From an uncultured Flavobacteriaceae bacterium (lineage in GTDB: Bacteria; Pseudomonadota; Alphaproteobacteria; UBA8366; Aestuariispiraceae), in the NCBI GenBank assembly GCA_964350445.1, contig CAYGKA010000007.1, positions 41,341-105,340 on the forward strand: 64,000 bases of DNA. Reading direction: 5' to 3'. Numbering within the stretch: position 1 is the stretch's first letter; each line of letters opens with the position of its first letter. Of the stretch, positions 31,098 to 40,658 are shown piece by piece. The notes beneath the pieces are model-generated. The model ran no database searches. It had not been told where the DNA came from and saw only the letters and a program-made list of their open reading frames with translations. Made by a program: the position numbers and the translations under genes.

Positions 31098-31624
31098 CCG
31101 ATACGTCCCAACCCAGCGCGAACCCCTATTTGACCCAGTCCACCGGTCAGGACGGCACGATGCCGGTACCCGCCGTGGCCGCTGACGCACAGGCCGCCGC
31201 GAACGGTCGCGCGGTGGCCATGATCAACCTGGTCGACAAGCTGATTGACGTCCTGGACCGGGAGAACGCGCTGCTCGACAAACCGCGGTCCAAGGATTTG
31301 GGGCCCATCGTTGCCGAGAAGAGGGGGCTTTTTGCCGAGTATGAGGCAATGCTGCGCCAGACCGGCAATATCAGCGCCCTGATGGTTGAAATCTCGCCCG
31401 GACGAAAAGCGGAATTGCTCGATCGTGCGAAGGTCTTCGACGCCAAGCTGCGCGAAAACGAGATCAAGCTGGACGCCATGGTACGGTCCAGCGAGCAGGT
31501 CATGCGCGTCATGTCCGATGTGGCCCGCAAAATGGCCCAGCCGGTCCAAGGATACGGCAATAAAGGCACGGTCACCTATTCGTCCAAGACCAGCGCGCCG
31601 GTCGCAGTGAACGAAACCCTGTAG
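31094..31624 (+). CDS. Flagellar-operon protein of uncertain role (FlgN-like coiled coil; function call weak)
   Basis: ATGA overlap with flgJ. Helical 176-aa protein (LVDKLIDVLDRENALLDK...) in the position where alphaproteobacteria carry a FlgN-like gene. Confidence 0.6.
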   Translation: MTDTSQPSANPYLTQSTGQDGTMPVPAVAADAQAAANGRAVAMINLVDKLIDVLDRENALLDKPRSKDLGPIVAEKRGLFAEYEAMLRQTGNISALMVEISPGRKAELLDRAKVFDAKLRENEIKLDAMVRSSEQVMRVMSDVARKMAQPVQGYGNKGTVTYSSKTSAPVAVNETL

Positions 31625-31647
31625 GCCTACCCACGCAATTCCAAAAC

Positions 31648-31663
31648 TGGTCCGGCCCTTGCA
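31648..31663 (+). promoter_or_regulatory. Sigma-54 (-24/-12) promoter of flgK
   Basis: TGGTCC-GGCCC-TTGCA with GG-N10-GC spacing, 49 nt upstream of the flgK ATG. Confidence 0.65.
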
Positions 31664-31711
31664 ATAGAACTCGAGAGAGTTTTTTTAAACAAGATCATCG
31701 GGCTCAGGACC

Positions 31712-33757
31712 ATGTCCCTTACTGCCGCGTTACAATCCGCCGTATCGAGCCTCAACTCGATCAACACGGCGGTCAATGTCACCTCGCAGAACGTCGCGAA
31801 CGCGACGAACCCTGACTACAACACCCAGGAAGCAATCTTTACCGACATCGCCAATGGCGGTGTAAAGATCGCGGAGATTATCCGCCGGGTTAACGTCGGC
31901 CTCCGCAACGAGCTCCTTGGCGAGATCAACACGGCCGCGTCCAGTGCGGCCAGAAACGAAATCTACGAATTGATCGAACAGGTCACGGGCACCTTGACCG
32001 GCCAGACGCCGCTGACCGACGCGATCGAAGAATTCAGAAGCGCCTGGAAAGCGTTCGAAGCAGCCCCGGAAAACGATGCTGCCCGCACAGACGTGGTTTT
32101 GCTCGGCCAAGCCGTCGCCATCGAAATCCAAAGGATTTCCGACGGGCTCGACGTCGTCGAGCGTCAGGTCCGCACCAACCTGCGCGACACCATCTCGGAC
32201 GTGAACGACTCACTGGCTGAAATCGAGCGTCTGAACGACACGATCATCAACGAAAAAGCCTCGTTCCGCCCCATTGCCGATCTGGAAAACCTGCGTGATG
32301 CGGAGATTCTGAAAGTCGCGGAAGTGTTCGACATTCAGGTTCTGGCGAAACGGGACGGGTCGGTGGCCGTCTACACGACAACGGGCCTGGACCTTGTCGA
32401 TGCCTCCGCTTCCGTTTTCACGTTCAACGAGGCGGATTTTACGCTGACCAAGACAGGCTCGGCCTCCTCCGACCTGTCCGGCCAGTTGACCGACGGCAAA
32501 CTGGCCGCGGAAATCAACCTGATCCGGACTGACGGGACCTCCCTCCAGAACACGCAGAACGGCGTGGCGGTCGTTCAGAAGCTTCGCAATCAATTGGACG
32601 AACTTGCGTTCTCGTTCGTCGACGTTTCCGTTGCACAGGCCCGCGGCACCCAATTCGTCGAAAGCACCACGGACGTCACGAGTTTTACCGGTGTCGATGC
32701 CGGCGACGTCATCACGATCAATGTCGGCGGCAGCGACCAGACCGTCACGGTCGGCGCGAACCAAACGGCCGCTTCGCTCGTCGCCGCGCTCGACGCGTTG
32801 ACCAATGTGGACGCCCGCATCGACGCAAACGGCCAAATCGTCATCATGTCGAACGCCGGCGCAATGACGATCACCGATACGAACGGCGCGGCCGCCGGGC
32901 TGGGTATCGTCAGTTCGAGCCCCCAAACCTTCGCCCAGAACGTGGCGGTAAGTTTTGCCCGGGCGTATCAGTCCGAGCTCACGACGGGATCGGTCGGTTT
33001 GACCGCGACAACGGATTTGATCGCAACGACCGGCCTTACCGATCCGTCGACCTTTACCGTCACCGCCGCCGGCGCGGGCGCCACGACCATCACCATCGGG
33101 ACCGGTGTCGGCGAGGCGCAGACCGCTGGCGACCTGATCGCGGCGTTGAACGACGTTGAAGGCGTTCGGGCGGAACTGGATGCCAACGGGTTCCTGCAGA
33201 TTTCCAGCTCCGAAGGGTCGCTGGTCGTTACCGAAGGCGCCAATACGCCGCTGGCGTCCCTGGGCTTCACCGTAACGGGCGGCGCCGCCGTTCTTGAAGG
33301 CACGCCGAATTCCGGCGAAGCCACGCGTTTCTTTGAAGCTGAAACCGGGACCACGCCGGACGGGGTTTCGCGCGTCAATTTCCGCGTCAACGACACGCTG
33401 ACCTCGAATGCGGAAGAAGTGAAACTGCTTGTCGGCAGCCGCGTCCTGGAATCCTTGAACGGTGAGGGACGCGCCATTGTCGGTTCCGGCATCAATATCC
33501 AGAACGAAGACTATACCGGCCTCGCCTCGGGTATACTCATCGAGGTGACGCGCCAGGGAGAGATCGCGACGCGCCAGTCGATCCGCTCCGGTACCCTGCG
33601 CGACAACCTGTTCCAGGCCCTGCGCGACGAAGTCGGTGTCAACGTGGACGAAGAACTGGCGCGGCTTACCGTGCTGCAGAATTCCTTCGCCGCCACCGCC
33701 CGTGTCTTGAGCGTCGTCGACGAACTCTTCGGCACGCTGGAAACGATCGTTCAGTAA
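31712..33757 (+). CDS. flgK: Flagellar hook-associated protein 1 (FlgK)
   Basis: N-terminal MSLTAALQSAVSSLNSINTAVNVTSQNVANATNPDY and C-terminal LARLTVLQNSFAATARVLSVVDELFGTL; 681 aa. Confidence 0.92.
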   Translation: MSLTAALQSAVSSLNSINTAVNVTSQNVANATNPDYNTQEAIFTDIANGGVKIAEIIRRVNVGLRNELLGEINTAASSAARNEIYELIEQVTGTLTGQTPLTDAIEEFRSAWKAFEAAPENDAARTDVVLLGQAVAIEIQRISDGLDVVERQVRTNLRDTISDVNDSLAEIERLNDTIINEKASFRPIADLENLRDAEILKVAEVFDIQVLAKRDGSVAVYTTTGLDLVDASASVFTFNEADFTLTKTGSASSDLSGQLTDGKLAAEINLIRTDGTSLQNTQNGVAVVQKLRNQLDELAFSFVDVSVAQARGTQFVESTTDVTSFTGVDAGDVITINVGGSDQTVTVGANQTAASLVAALDALTNVDARIDANGQIVIMSNAGAMTITDTNGAAAGLGIVSSSPQTFAQNVAVSFARAYQSELTTGSVGLTATTDLIATTGLTDPSTFTVTAAGAGATTITIGTGVGEAQTAGDLIAALNDVEGVRAELDANGFLQISSSEGSLVVTEGANTPLASLGFTVTGGAAVLEGTPNSGEATRFFEAETGTTPDGVSRVNFRVNDTLTSNAEEVKLLVGSRVLESLNGEGRAIVGSGINIQNEDYTGLASGILIEVTRQGEIATRQSIRSGTLRDNLFQALRDEVGVNVDEELARLTVLQNSFAATARVLSVVDELFGTLETIVQ

Positions 33758-33807
33758 CAGAGCTCGTTTCTCGTAACGAATAAGATCCACCGCCGGCGCC
33801 AACGCCG

Positions 33808-34836
33808 GTGCGGCCACCAGAAGGAACGGCGCCGTTGTCATCCATCAAGGTCGGAATAATCGGGCTCGGCGTCGGCGAACGCCATATCGTCGGCTACCGC
33901 CAGATCGACGGCGTCGACGTGACCGCCATCTGCGATATCGATTCCGCCAAGCTGAAGGAAGTCGGTGACCGGCAGGATATCGCCGCCAGATATACCGACT
34001 ATCGCGCCATGCTGGACGGCGTGGATTTGGATGCGGTCTCGATCTGCTCCTATGACGACGCCCATGCGGACCAGGCGATCGCGGCGTTCGATTCAGGCTT
34101 GCATGTCATGGCCGAAAAGCCCCTCGCCCTGAACCGAACGGACCTTGAACGGGTCATGCAGGCGCAGCGCAAATCGGGCCGCCGCCTCTCGTCCAACCTC
34201 ATCCTGCGGCAAAGCCCGCGGTTCCAGCGGATACGCGACATGGTCCGGGCCGGCGCGTTCGGCGACATTCACTATATGGAAGGGGATTATCTGCATCAGA
34301 TCCTTTGGAAGATCACCGAAGGCTGGCGCGGCAAGATGGATTTCTATTGCGTCACTTATGGCGGCGGCATCCATCTGATCGATCTGATGCGATGGGTCGC
34401 CGGGGAAGAGGTCGTCGAGGTCACCGCGATGGCGGCGAAGAAGGTTACGCGGGACAGCACCTTCAACTATCCGGACACGATGGTCAGTCTGCTGCGCTTC
34501 GAAAGCGACCTGCTGGCGAAGTCGACGACATCCTTCGCCCCCCAGCGCAGACAGATTCATACGCTGAACGTCTACGGCACCAAGCTGAGTTTCGAGAACG
34601 CCAACGGCCCCGGCCGCCTTTACAGCGGCGACAAGCCGGAAGACGAAACCGCCTTCGACGTACCCTACCCCGCGATCGAAAAGGGCGATCTTCTTCCCGA
34701 TTTCATCGCCGCCATCCGGGAAGACCGGGAACCGGTCGTCAGCGCGCAGGACGTCTTTCAGGTGATGAATATCTGCCTTTCCGCCTGGGAAAGCGCCGAG
34801 ACCGGCCGCGCCGTCGCCGTTCCGAAAATCTTCTAG
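33808..34836 (+). CDS. Gfo/Idh/MocA-family NAD(P) sugar oxidoreductase
   Basis: IKVGIIGLGVGERHIVGY Rossmann start and EKPLAL motif. Lies 50 nt after flgK with no terminator seen. The start is uncertain (33808 or TTG 33835). Confidence 0.82.
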   Translation: MRPPEGTAPLSSIKVGIIGLGVGERHIVGYRQIDGVDVTAICDIDSAKLKEVGDRQDIAARYTDYRAMLDGVDLDAVSICSYDDAHADQAIAAFDSGLHVMAEKPLALNRTDLERVMQAQRKSGRRLSSNLILRQSPRFQRIRDMVRAGAFGDIHYMEGDYLHQILWKITEGWRGKMDFYCVTYGGGIHLIDLMRWVAGEEVVEVTAMAAKKVTRDSTFNYPDTMVSLLRFESDLLAKSTTSFAPQRRQIHTLNVYGTKLSFENANGPGRLYSGDKPEDETAFDVPYPAIEKGDLLPDFIAAIREDREPVVSAQDVFQVMNICLSAWESAETGRAVAVPKIF

Positions 34837-34839
34837 GCC

Positions 34840-35481
34840 CTATTTCTTCGAAAAGCTCATCTTCTGGTTCGTCAGGGCATCCGTGTCACCGGTCCAGGCA
34901 TAGACCAGCAGGCAGGGTTCCCGGTCGGCGGTCGTTATCCGGTGCATCTGGCCCGGCGGATTGAAGATCAATGAACCGGGGGCGTAGACGCCCGCATCGT
35001 TTTCCGACGTGTTGCCGGCGATACAGATATAGCTCTCCGTGATCCCCTTGTGGCTGTGCGCGGGATAGGTCGTTTTCGGCGCGAACAGCACGCAGCCGAC
35101 AATAATCTTGTCGCTGACCACCGGGCCGTTCGGCCCCAGGAACTCGGTATAGCCGTATTTGCGGGTCAGGCCGCGCGGCACCTTTTCGTACCCGTATCGC
35201 CAATTCAGCAGGCCACGCAGATCATCGATCGAACGCGCCGCTTTCGCGGTCCGCAGCCCCGTTGCGCTGCTAATCGCGCGGTCCAGATGCTCGCATACCG
35301 GCAATTGTTTCCCCGGCCCGTATTCGATCTCCGGGTCCTCGTCGAAAACCTTCCCCAAGGCCCGGCGGACCTCCGCCATGTGAGAGCGGATTTTGTCACT
35401 GCCGCCGGCGGAGCCCATTTGGTAGAGCTCCAACACGTCACGGAGCAGATATTGCCAGCTTGGCACGTTTGAAAGACGCAT
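34840..35481 (-). CDS. DddL-family cupin (annotated elsewhere as dimethylsulfoniopropionate lyase family)
   Basis: ATG at 35481. FLGPNGPVVSDKIIVGCVLFAPKTTYPAHSHKGITESYICIAGN ... PGQMHRI is a cupin His/Glu metal motif with DddL-like flanks. Confidence 0.65.
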   Translation of the reverse strand: MRLSNVPSWQYLLRDVLELYQMGSAGGSDKIRSHMAEVRRALGKVFDEDPEIEYGPGKQLPVCEHLDRAISSATGLRTAKAARSIDDLRGLLNWRYGYEKVPRGLTRKYGYTEFLGPNGPVVSDKIIVGCVLFAPKTTYPAHSHKGITESYICIAGNTSENDAGVYAPGSLIFNPPGQMHRITTADREPCLLVYAWTGDTDALTNQKMSFSKK

Positions 35482-35621
35482 TATGGGCCCTCTCCACCGG
35501 TTGGATCGTGTGTACGCCTGGGGCGGCCCTTCCCTGGGATGCGACCGACGCACTTGCCCGAAGAAGGCGAATCCGTGCGTGGTCCATTACGTTTTTTTAA
35601 CCATAGCGGTGGCTTAATGCA

Positions 35622-35637
35622 TGGCGCAATAATTGCT
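35622..35637 (+). promoter_or_regulatory. Sigma-54 (-24/-12) promoter in front of the sugar aminotransferase operon
   Basis: TGGCGC-AATAA-TTGCT with GG-N10-GC spacing, 47 nt upstream of the ATG at 35684. Confidence 0.65.
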
Positions 35638-35683
35638 AAGCATTTGGTAAGCTGAAAAAATCTTTGTGTAGAGGCCGAAAAAT

Positions 35684-36847
35684 ATGACGGCTGCCAATAT
35701 TCCCTTCGGCAAACCCATCCTGGCCGAAGACGCATTCGACGCTGTCCGTCAGGTGCTCGAAAGCGGCATCCTCGTCCATGGGAAGATTACCGAAGCGTTC
35801 GAAGACGCCTTCGCGAAACGGATCGGCGTGAAGCATGCTGTCGCCGTTTCCAGCTGCACGGCCGGCCTGCACCTCGTTCATTTCGCCCGTGGGATCGGGC
35901 ACGGAGACACCGTCGCGGTTCCGGCCATGACCCATGTGGCGACCGCCCATGCCGTCGAACTGGCCGGCGCCCGCCCGCTGTTCATCGATGTCGATGCAAC
36001 CACCGGCAACATGAACCCGGCCCTGCTGGCGAAGGCCGTCGACGACGGCGCAAAACCCGCCGCGATCATGCCCGTTCACTATCTGGGCCTTCCGTGCGAC
36101 ATGGACGCCATCAATGCGACGGCAAAAGACATCGGCGCCTATGTTCTGGAAGACTGCGCCCTTGCGGTGGATGCGACCTATGGCGGACGAAAGGCCGGCG
36201 GGCTCGGCTTGGCCGGCGCGTTTTCCTTTTACCCAGTGAAGCACATGACCTCCATCGAAGGCGGCATGGTGACGACGGATGATGGAGACCTCGCAACCGC
36301 CATCCGCAAGCGCCGGGCCTTCAGCTATAACCGGGCGCTGGGCGAACGCACCCGGCCCGGCATCTACGATGTCGATGCGCTTGGCTATAACTACAGGATG
36401 AGCGAGGTCGAGGCGGCAGTCGGTCTAAGCCAGCTGTCACATCTAGACGGATTTCAGGACGACCGCGCGCGCAACGACGCCATCCTGCGCGAGGGCCTGT
36501 CCGAGATCGCGGAACTGACGATCTTTCCCGATGAACACGGTCCGGCGCGGTCCAGCCATTATTGCTTCAACATCGTCCTCCCCAGGGACGGATCCCTGCC
36601 ACGGAACGCGGTTGTCGATCACCTGAAGGCCAAGGGCGTCGGCACATCGGTCCATTATCCGTCGGCTGTGCCGATGTTTGAATATTACCGCACGAAATAC
36701 GGCTATAAACCGGGGCAATTTCCGGTCGCCGAATGGCTGGGGGAACAAACCATCTCCCTGCCTGTCGCACCGCATGTCAGCGAGAGTGACGCCCGCTACA
36801 TCGTCGAATGCGTGCATGATGCTATAGAAACCGTGAAACGGGGATAA
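35684..36847 (+). CDS. DegT/DnrJ/EryC1/StrS-family sugar aminotransferase (PseC/WecE-like)
   Basis: 387 aa. IPFGKPILAEDAFDAVRQVLESGILVHG ... the lysine-containing region FSFYPVKHMTSIEGG is the conserved PLP site. Confidence 0.88.
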   Translation: MTAANIPFGKPILAEDAFDAVRQVLESGILVHGKITEAFEDAFAKRIGVKHAVAVSSCTAGLHLVHFARGIGHGDTVAVPAMTHVATAHAVELAGARPLFIDVDATTGNMNPALLAKAVDDGAKPAAIMPVHYLGLPCDMDAINATAKDIGAYVLEDCALAVDATYGGRKAGGLGLAGAFSFYPVKHMTSIEGGMVTTDDGDLATAIRKRRAFSYNRALGERTRPGIYDVDALGYNYRMSEVEAAVGLSQLSHLDGFQDDRARNDAILREGLSEIAELTIFPDEHGPARSSHYCFNIVLPRDGSLPRNAVVDHLKAKGVGTSVHYPSAVPMFEYYRTKYGYKPGQFPVAEWLGEQTISLPVAPHVSESDARYIVECVHDAIETVKRG

Positions 36848-36861
36848 CAGGAAACCATTCC

Positions 36862-37941
36862 ATGAGCCACATCCCGTACGAAACACTTGGCCCCAAACTT
36901 TCCGAGCAGCGGATCATGCTGATCGGTGGCGCCGGGTTCATCGGCCACAATCTGGCGCTTGAATTGGCGCGGATGGGTGCGACCGTGATGATCGTCGACA
37001 ACCTGATGGTCAACAGCCTGATCGAGAATTCCTTCGTCGAGGAACAGAACCCGGTTCAGCGAACCGCCTACCGCAATTTCCTGAACGAGCGCTTCTCGCT
37101 GCTGCGGTCCGCGCATGTCCAGCTGCGCAACGCCGATGCCCGCCTGCTCGCCGATCTGGGGCGTTGCTTCGAGGAATTCGAACCGACCAAAGTGGTCCAT
37201 ATGGCGGCCATCGCCAGCGCGGTCGATGCCAAGAAGGAACCTGGCCTAGCCTTCGACCTGCAGCTGATCACCCTGCGGAACACGCTTGAACTGGTCCGGC
37301 CGAAGACCGATCGGATCAATCAAGTCATGTTCATGTCGTCCAGCACGGTCTATGGCGATTTCGAAGGCGACAGCGTCGACGAGCGCAGCTTCCCGCGCCC
37401 GGAAGGGATCTATGCGAACGCGAAGTTCATGGGCGAACGTCTCATCAGAACCTACCGCACCCAATACGGCCTGGGCACCACGGTAATCCGTCCGTCGGCA
37501 TTGTACGGCGAACGCTGCATCTCGCGCCGGGTCAGCCAGATGTTCATCGAGAACGCGTTGACCGGAAAACCGCTTCTGCTGGAAGGTGGCGGCGACGGCC
37601 GTTTGGACTTCACCTATATCCGCGACCTGGTCCAGGGACAGGTTCGCGCACTTGCCCTGCATGACGGGCCCGATGCCTCTAGCACCTTCAACCTGACATT
37701 CGGGAACGCCCGCACGATCGCTGACCTGGCCGCTGTCGTGAAATCGATCGTGCCCGAAGCGATCTTGGAAGACCGCCCCCGTGCCGTCGACAAACCGGTT
37801 CGGGGCACGTTGTCCATCGAACGGGCGAAGACGGTCCTGGGTTTCGAACCCGAATACGGCCTGGAAGACGGCTATCGCCAATATTGCGAATGGTATGTCG
37901 ATGCCTGGCGCCGCGCACAGCGGGAAGCCAATCTGGCCTGA
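36862..37941 (+). CDS. NAD-dependent sugar epimerase/dehydratase (extended SDR)
   Basis: GGAGFIGHNLALEL glycine-rich loop and YANAKFMGE (YxxxK). Confidence 0.85.
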   Translation: MSHIPYETLGPKLSEQRIMLIGGAGFIGHNLALELARMGATVMIVDNLMVNSLIENSFVEEQNPVQRTAYRNFLNERFSLLRSAHVQLRNADARLLADLGRCFEEFEPTKVVHMAAIASAVDAKKEPGLAFDLQLITLRNTLELVRPKTDRINQVMFMSSSTVYGDFEGDSVDERSFPRPEGIYANAKFMGERLIRTYRTQYGLGTTVIRPSALYGERCISRRVSQMFIENALTGKPLLLEGGGDGRLDFTYIRDLVQGQVRALALHDGPDASSTFNLTFGNARTIADLAAVVKSIVPEAILEDRPRAVDKPVRGTLSIERAKTVLGFEPEYGLEDGYRQYCEWYVDAWRRAQREANLA

Positions 37942-38004
37942 CGAACCGCACAGCCAGGCCCGCTGTCGACACACAGAAGTATCTGTCCGTTTAAGGAGTA
38001 GTTC

Positions 38005-38718
38005 ATGTCCAAAGATGCGGCTCATATCGTCCTGGCGCGGATGGGCTCACAACGTTTGCCTGGCAAGGCGCTGCTACCCTTGGGCGATACAGTCCTGCTT
38101 GGTCTGACGATCGCGCGTCTGCGGCAAACGAAACAGATTGACCGCATCATTCTGGCGACCACCAATTCCGAACGCGACGACCCCCTTGTCGACTTCGCCA
38201 AGGAACAGGAGATAGAGTATTTCCGTGGAAATTGGCGTGACGTCGCGGGCCGCTGCCTTGCTTGCACCACGCAGTTCCGGCTCGACTGGTTCGTCCGAAT
38301 TTGCGGCGACAGTCCCTATATCGACCCGGCGGTCGTCGACCTTGTCTGCGAGCGATATCTTGACGAACGCCCCGATGTCGCAACGAACGTCCATCCGCGG
38401 ACCTATCCCATCGGCTGCAGCGCCGAAGCCGTCGAGACTGCCGCGCTGCGTCGCCTCTGCGCGACCACGAAGGACATCCGCTATCGCGAGCATGTGACGA
38501 GCTTCTTCTATGAACATGAGGACATGTTCAACATCGAGAATGTCGCCATCCCCGATAACCGTTATGAAGGTGTCTCGATCGCCGTCGATACGCCCTCTGA
38601 CTATGAGCGCACGCAATGGGTCTACAAACATCTCAGCGACCCGCTGACAGCGTCGGTCGACGAAATCGTGGACGTGTCGATGCGCTGGGGCGGCAAAGAC
38701 GACAAGAAATTGGTTTAA
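38005..38718 (+). CDS. SpsF/NeuA-type cytidylyltransferase-family protein
   Basis: AHIVLARMGSQRLPGKALLPLGD is the N-terminal nucleotide-binding signature of the acylneuraminate cytidylyltransferase/SpsF family. Confidence 0.75.
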   Translation: MSKDAAHIVLARMGSQRLPGKALLPLGDTVLLGLTIARLRQTKQIDRIILATTNSERDDPLVDFAKEQEIEYFRGNWRDVAGRCLACTTQFRLDWFVRICGDSPYIDPAVVDLVCERYLDERPDVATNVHPRTYPIGCSAEAVETAALRRLCATTKDIRYREHVTSFFYEHEDMFNIENVAIPDNRYEGVSIAVDTPSDYERTQWVYKHLSDPLTASVDEIVDVSMRWGGKDDKKLV

Positions 38719-38755
38719 CCGCGCGTCCGAAGCCCGCGCTCCTGTTGGAACGTAT

Positions 38756-39094
38756 ATGAAAATCGATCACCTCGACCCACCCCGCACTTTCAACGTCAAA
38801 GGCGTCACCATCACGCATAGCGCCGATATCCATCTGTCGGCCGACGAGATGGTCACGTTCAAAACGGCAAGCGGTGCGGAATACGACGTCGCGGCCAAGG
38901 AGTGGGGTTTCTACGCCACACCCTCGACGAACGGCCGGTTGAAAAATCACGGGTTCCGCAGCGCGCTCTGCCGAAACGAACTTACCGGCATGCGTTACGT
39001 GCTGTTGGTTGAAGCGGCGAAGATCGATGCTTTCGACGCCTATTGCCGGGACCAGAATATGGCGGTGGAGGTCTGGCTGGACGAAGACGTCTGA
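38756..39094 (+). CDS. Hypothetical protein (112 aa), last gene of the + strand sugar operon
   Basis: Clean ORF, 37 nt after the cytidylyltransferase gene. No family recognised. Confidence 0.55.
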   Translation: MKIDHLDPPRTFNVKGVTITHSADIHLSADEMVTFKTASGAEYDVAAKEWGFYATPSTNGRLKNHGFRSALCRNELTGMRYVLLVEAAKIDAFDAYCRDQNMAVEVWLDEDV

Positions 39095-39111
39095 CGCCCG
39101 GCGGCAGCGCC

Positions 39112-39816
39112 CTAGTCCCCTGGAGTCCAGTGCCAGGTATCGGCGCGGTTGATCTCGACGAATCCCAGGTTGCGGTAAAGCGAAAGCGACGATGGATTTC
39201 CTGCCTGTGTCCCAACCAGCATTGTGGGGACCACCTGGCGGTAGTGGTTCAGTGCGGCGGAAACAAGCGCACGGCCAATTCCTCTCCCCTGCCGGTCAGG
39301 ATCCACCGCGATGAGGTCGATCACCGCGACGTCTGGGCGTTGGAGAAGCGCGCAAAATCCGGCAACTTGGCCAGCCACCTCCGCAACGAGGGTGAGGTCG
39401 GCCCGCCCGCGCAGATCGTTTTCTATCCAGTCCGCCTTCAAGGCGTCGGCTTTGTCGTCATCTATTGCAGGGTCCGCGTGAAACCGGTCCCAGCGCAACG
39501 CGGCAACGGCAATCCGGCGGCATGCGGCCACATCCCCTTCATTCCCGGCGCGAACCGCCGGCACGCCGGATGGGGCCGCGACGAGGCCGGCCATCTTGAA
39601 CTGCAACGTAACCAGCGTCTCGACCTTGCGGAACCCAGCGGCAGCCAGCACAGCGCCGCTACCGTCGACGCGACAACTAATGAGAACCGCGCCGGATTCC
39701 CGGCCTTGCCGGACGGCGCCATCCGCGCGTTCGGGATCAGCACAGTCGAAGACCGGACCGTCCAGGTATTGCGACTCGAAAGGGCAAGCCGTTAGAAGCG
39801 CATCAGACTTATCCAT
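39112..39816 (-). CDS. Two-domain GNAT N-acetyltransferase (WecD/PseH-like)
   Basis: C-terminal acetyl-CoA motif VDPDRQGRGIGRALVSAAL. N-terminal CPFESQYLDG... domain, as in TDP-fucosamine acetyltransferase-type enzymes. Confidence 0.75.
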   Translation of the reverse strand: MDKSDALLTACPFESQYLDGPVFDCADPERADGAVRQGRESGAVLISCRVDGSGAVLAAAGFRKVETLVTLQFKMAGLVAAPSGVPAVRAGNEGDVAACRRIAVAALRWDRFHADPAIDDDKADALKADWIENDLRGRADLTLVAEVAGQVAGFCALLQRPDVAVIDLIAVDPDRQGRGIGRALVSAALNHYRQVVPTMLVGTQAGNPSSLSLYRNLGFVEINRADTWHWTPGD

Positions 39817-40648
39817 TCTGGGACAAATCCGGCCGGACCAGGAAGGCCCGCAGGGTGTATTTGGTGCTGGGCTCCCGCACCCGCTCGATCAGCTCGACAC
39901 GGAACCCAGCCTTGACCGCCAGCATGCTCAGCGAAGCGATGGAATAGGCGTCGTGATGCTCGATGAAGAACTCTTCCCGTCCCGCGCTTTCCGCAATCGC
40001 GGCTTCCCCATCCGGGAGTTCCACATAGACGACGCCACCCGCCTTCAGAAAACCGGCGGACCGCGCCAGCATGGCGACGGGGTCGCGGACATGTTCCAGC
40101 ACCTTGTTAAAGGTGATCAGGGCAAAGCTCTTGTCCAGATCGACCAGCATGAAATCGCCGGCCACGGCATCGACACCCGCCCGCTCACGAGCATGCTGCG
40201 CGCCGCGCGCATCCGGGTCGAGTGCGACGCAGCGCCATCCGCGTTCCCGCATTGCCGCGGGAAAGACCGCAAGGCCCGACCCGACATCCAACAAGTCGGC
40301 TGGCCCAGTCAGCCGTGCCAAACGCCGCACCACATCGTCAACGCGGTCGACCCGCGCGCGATTATCCGACTTTTCCGGTGGCAGCGTCATGATCCGGTCG
40401 AAGGTCTCGACCATCCGGGTTCCCCCATAGGTGCGGTCCCAGTAGTCGGAATCGTAAATCCCGTTCAAATCCATGCCATGGACATTGACGATATGCAGAC
40501 AACCGCCGCATTGCCACAAAGCCCGTTTGTAAGGAGAAAACCCGAAATCGGTCTCGCCCGGCGGCGGCGCATCGAAACCGGCCAGGAACGACCATTCGTC
40601 AGCACCACAGAAGCGGCACGGTTCGTCGGGAGGGGGATGATCGATCAA
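39809..40648 (-). CDS. Class I SAM-dependent methyltransferase with an N-terminal Cys4 zinc-ribbon
   Basis: CRFCGADEW...CGGC followed by the SAM motif I LLDVGSGLAVF. 8-nt overlap with the GNAT gene. Confidence 0.8.
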   Translation of the reverse strand: MIDHPPPDEPCRFCGADEWSFLAGFDAPPPGETDFGFSPYKRALWQCGGCLHIVNVHGMDLNGIYDSDYWDRTYGGTRMVETFDRIMTLPPEKSDNRARVDRVDDVVRRLARLTGPADLLDVGSGLAVFPAAMRERGWRCVALDPDARGAQHARERAGVDAVAGDFMLVDLDKSFALITFNKVLEHVRDPVAMLARSAGFLKAGGVVYVELPDGEAAIAESAGREEFFIEHHDAYSIASLSMLAVKAGFRVELIERVREPSTKYTLRAFLVRPDLSQNG

Positions 40649-40658
40649 GGCAGGCCCG

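Noticed and set aside
33770-33806. GC-rich hairpin (CCGGCG ccaa CGCCGG) after flgK
   Set aside because: No following T-run. It is too weak to call a terminator, so flgK read-through into the oxidoreductase gene is assumed.
32210-33841. 543-aa ORF on the minus strand
   Set aside because: It is exactly antisense to flgK, whose termini are unmistakable. Its Arg/Gly/Asp-rich, low-complexity translation is typical of shadow ORFs in GC-rich DNA.
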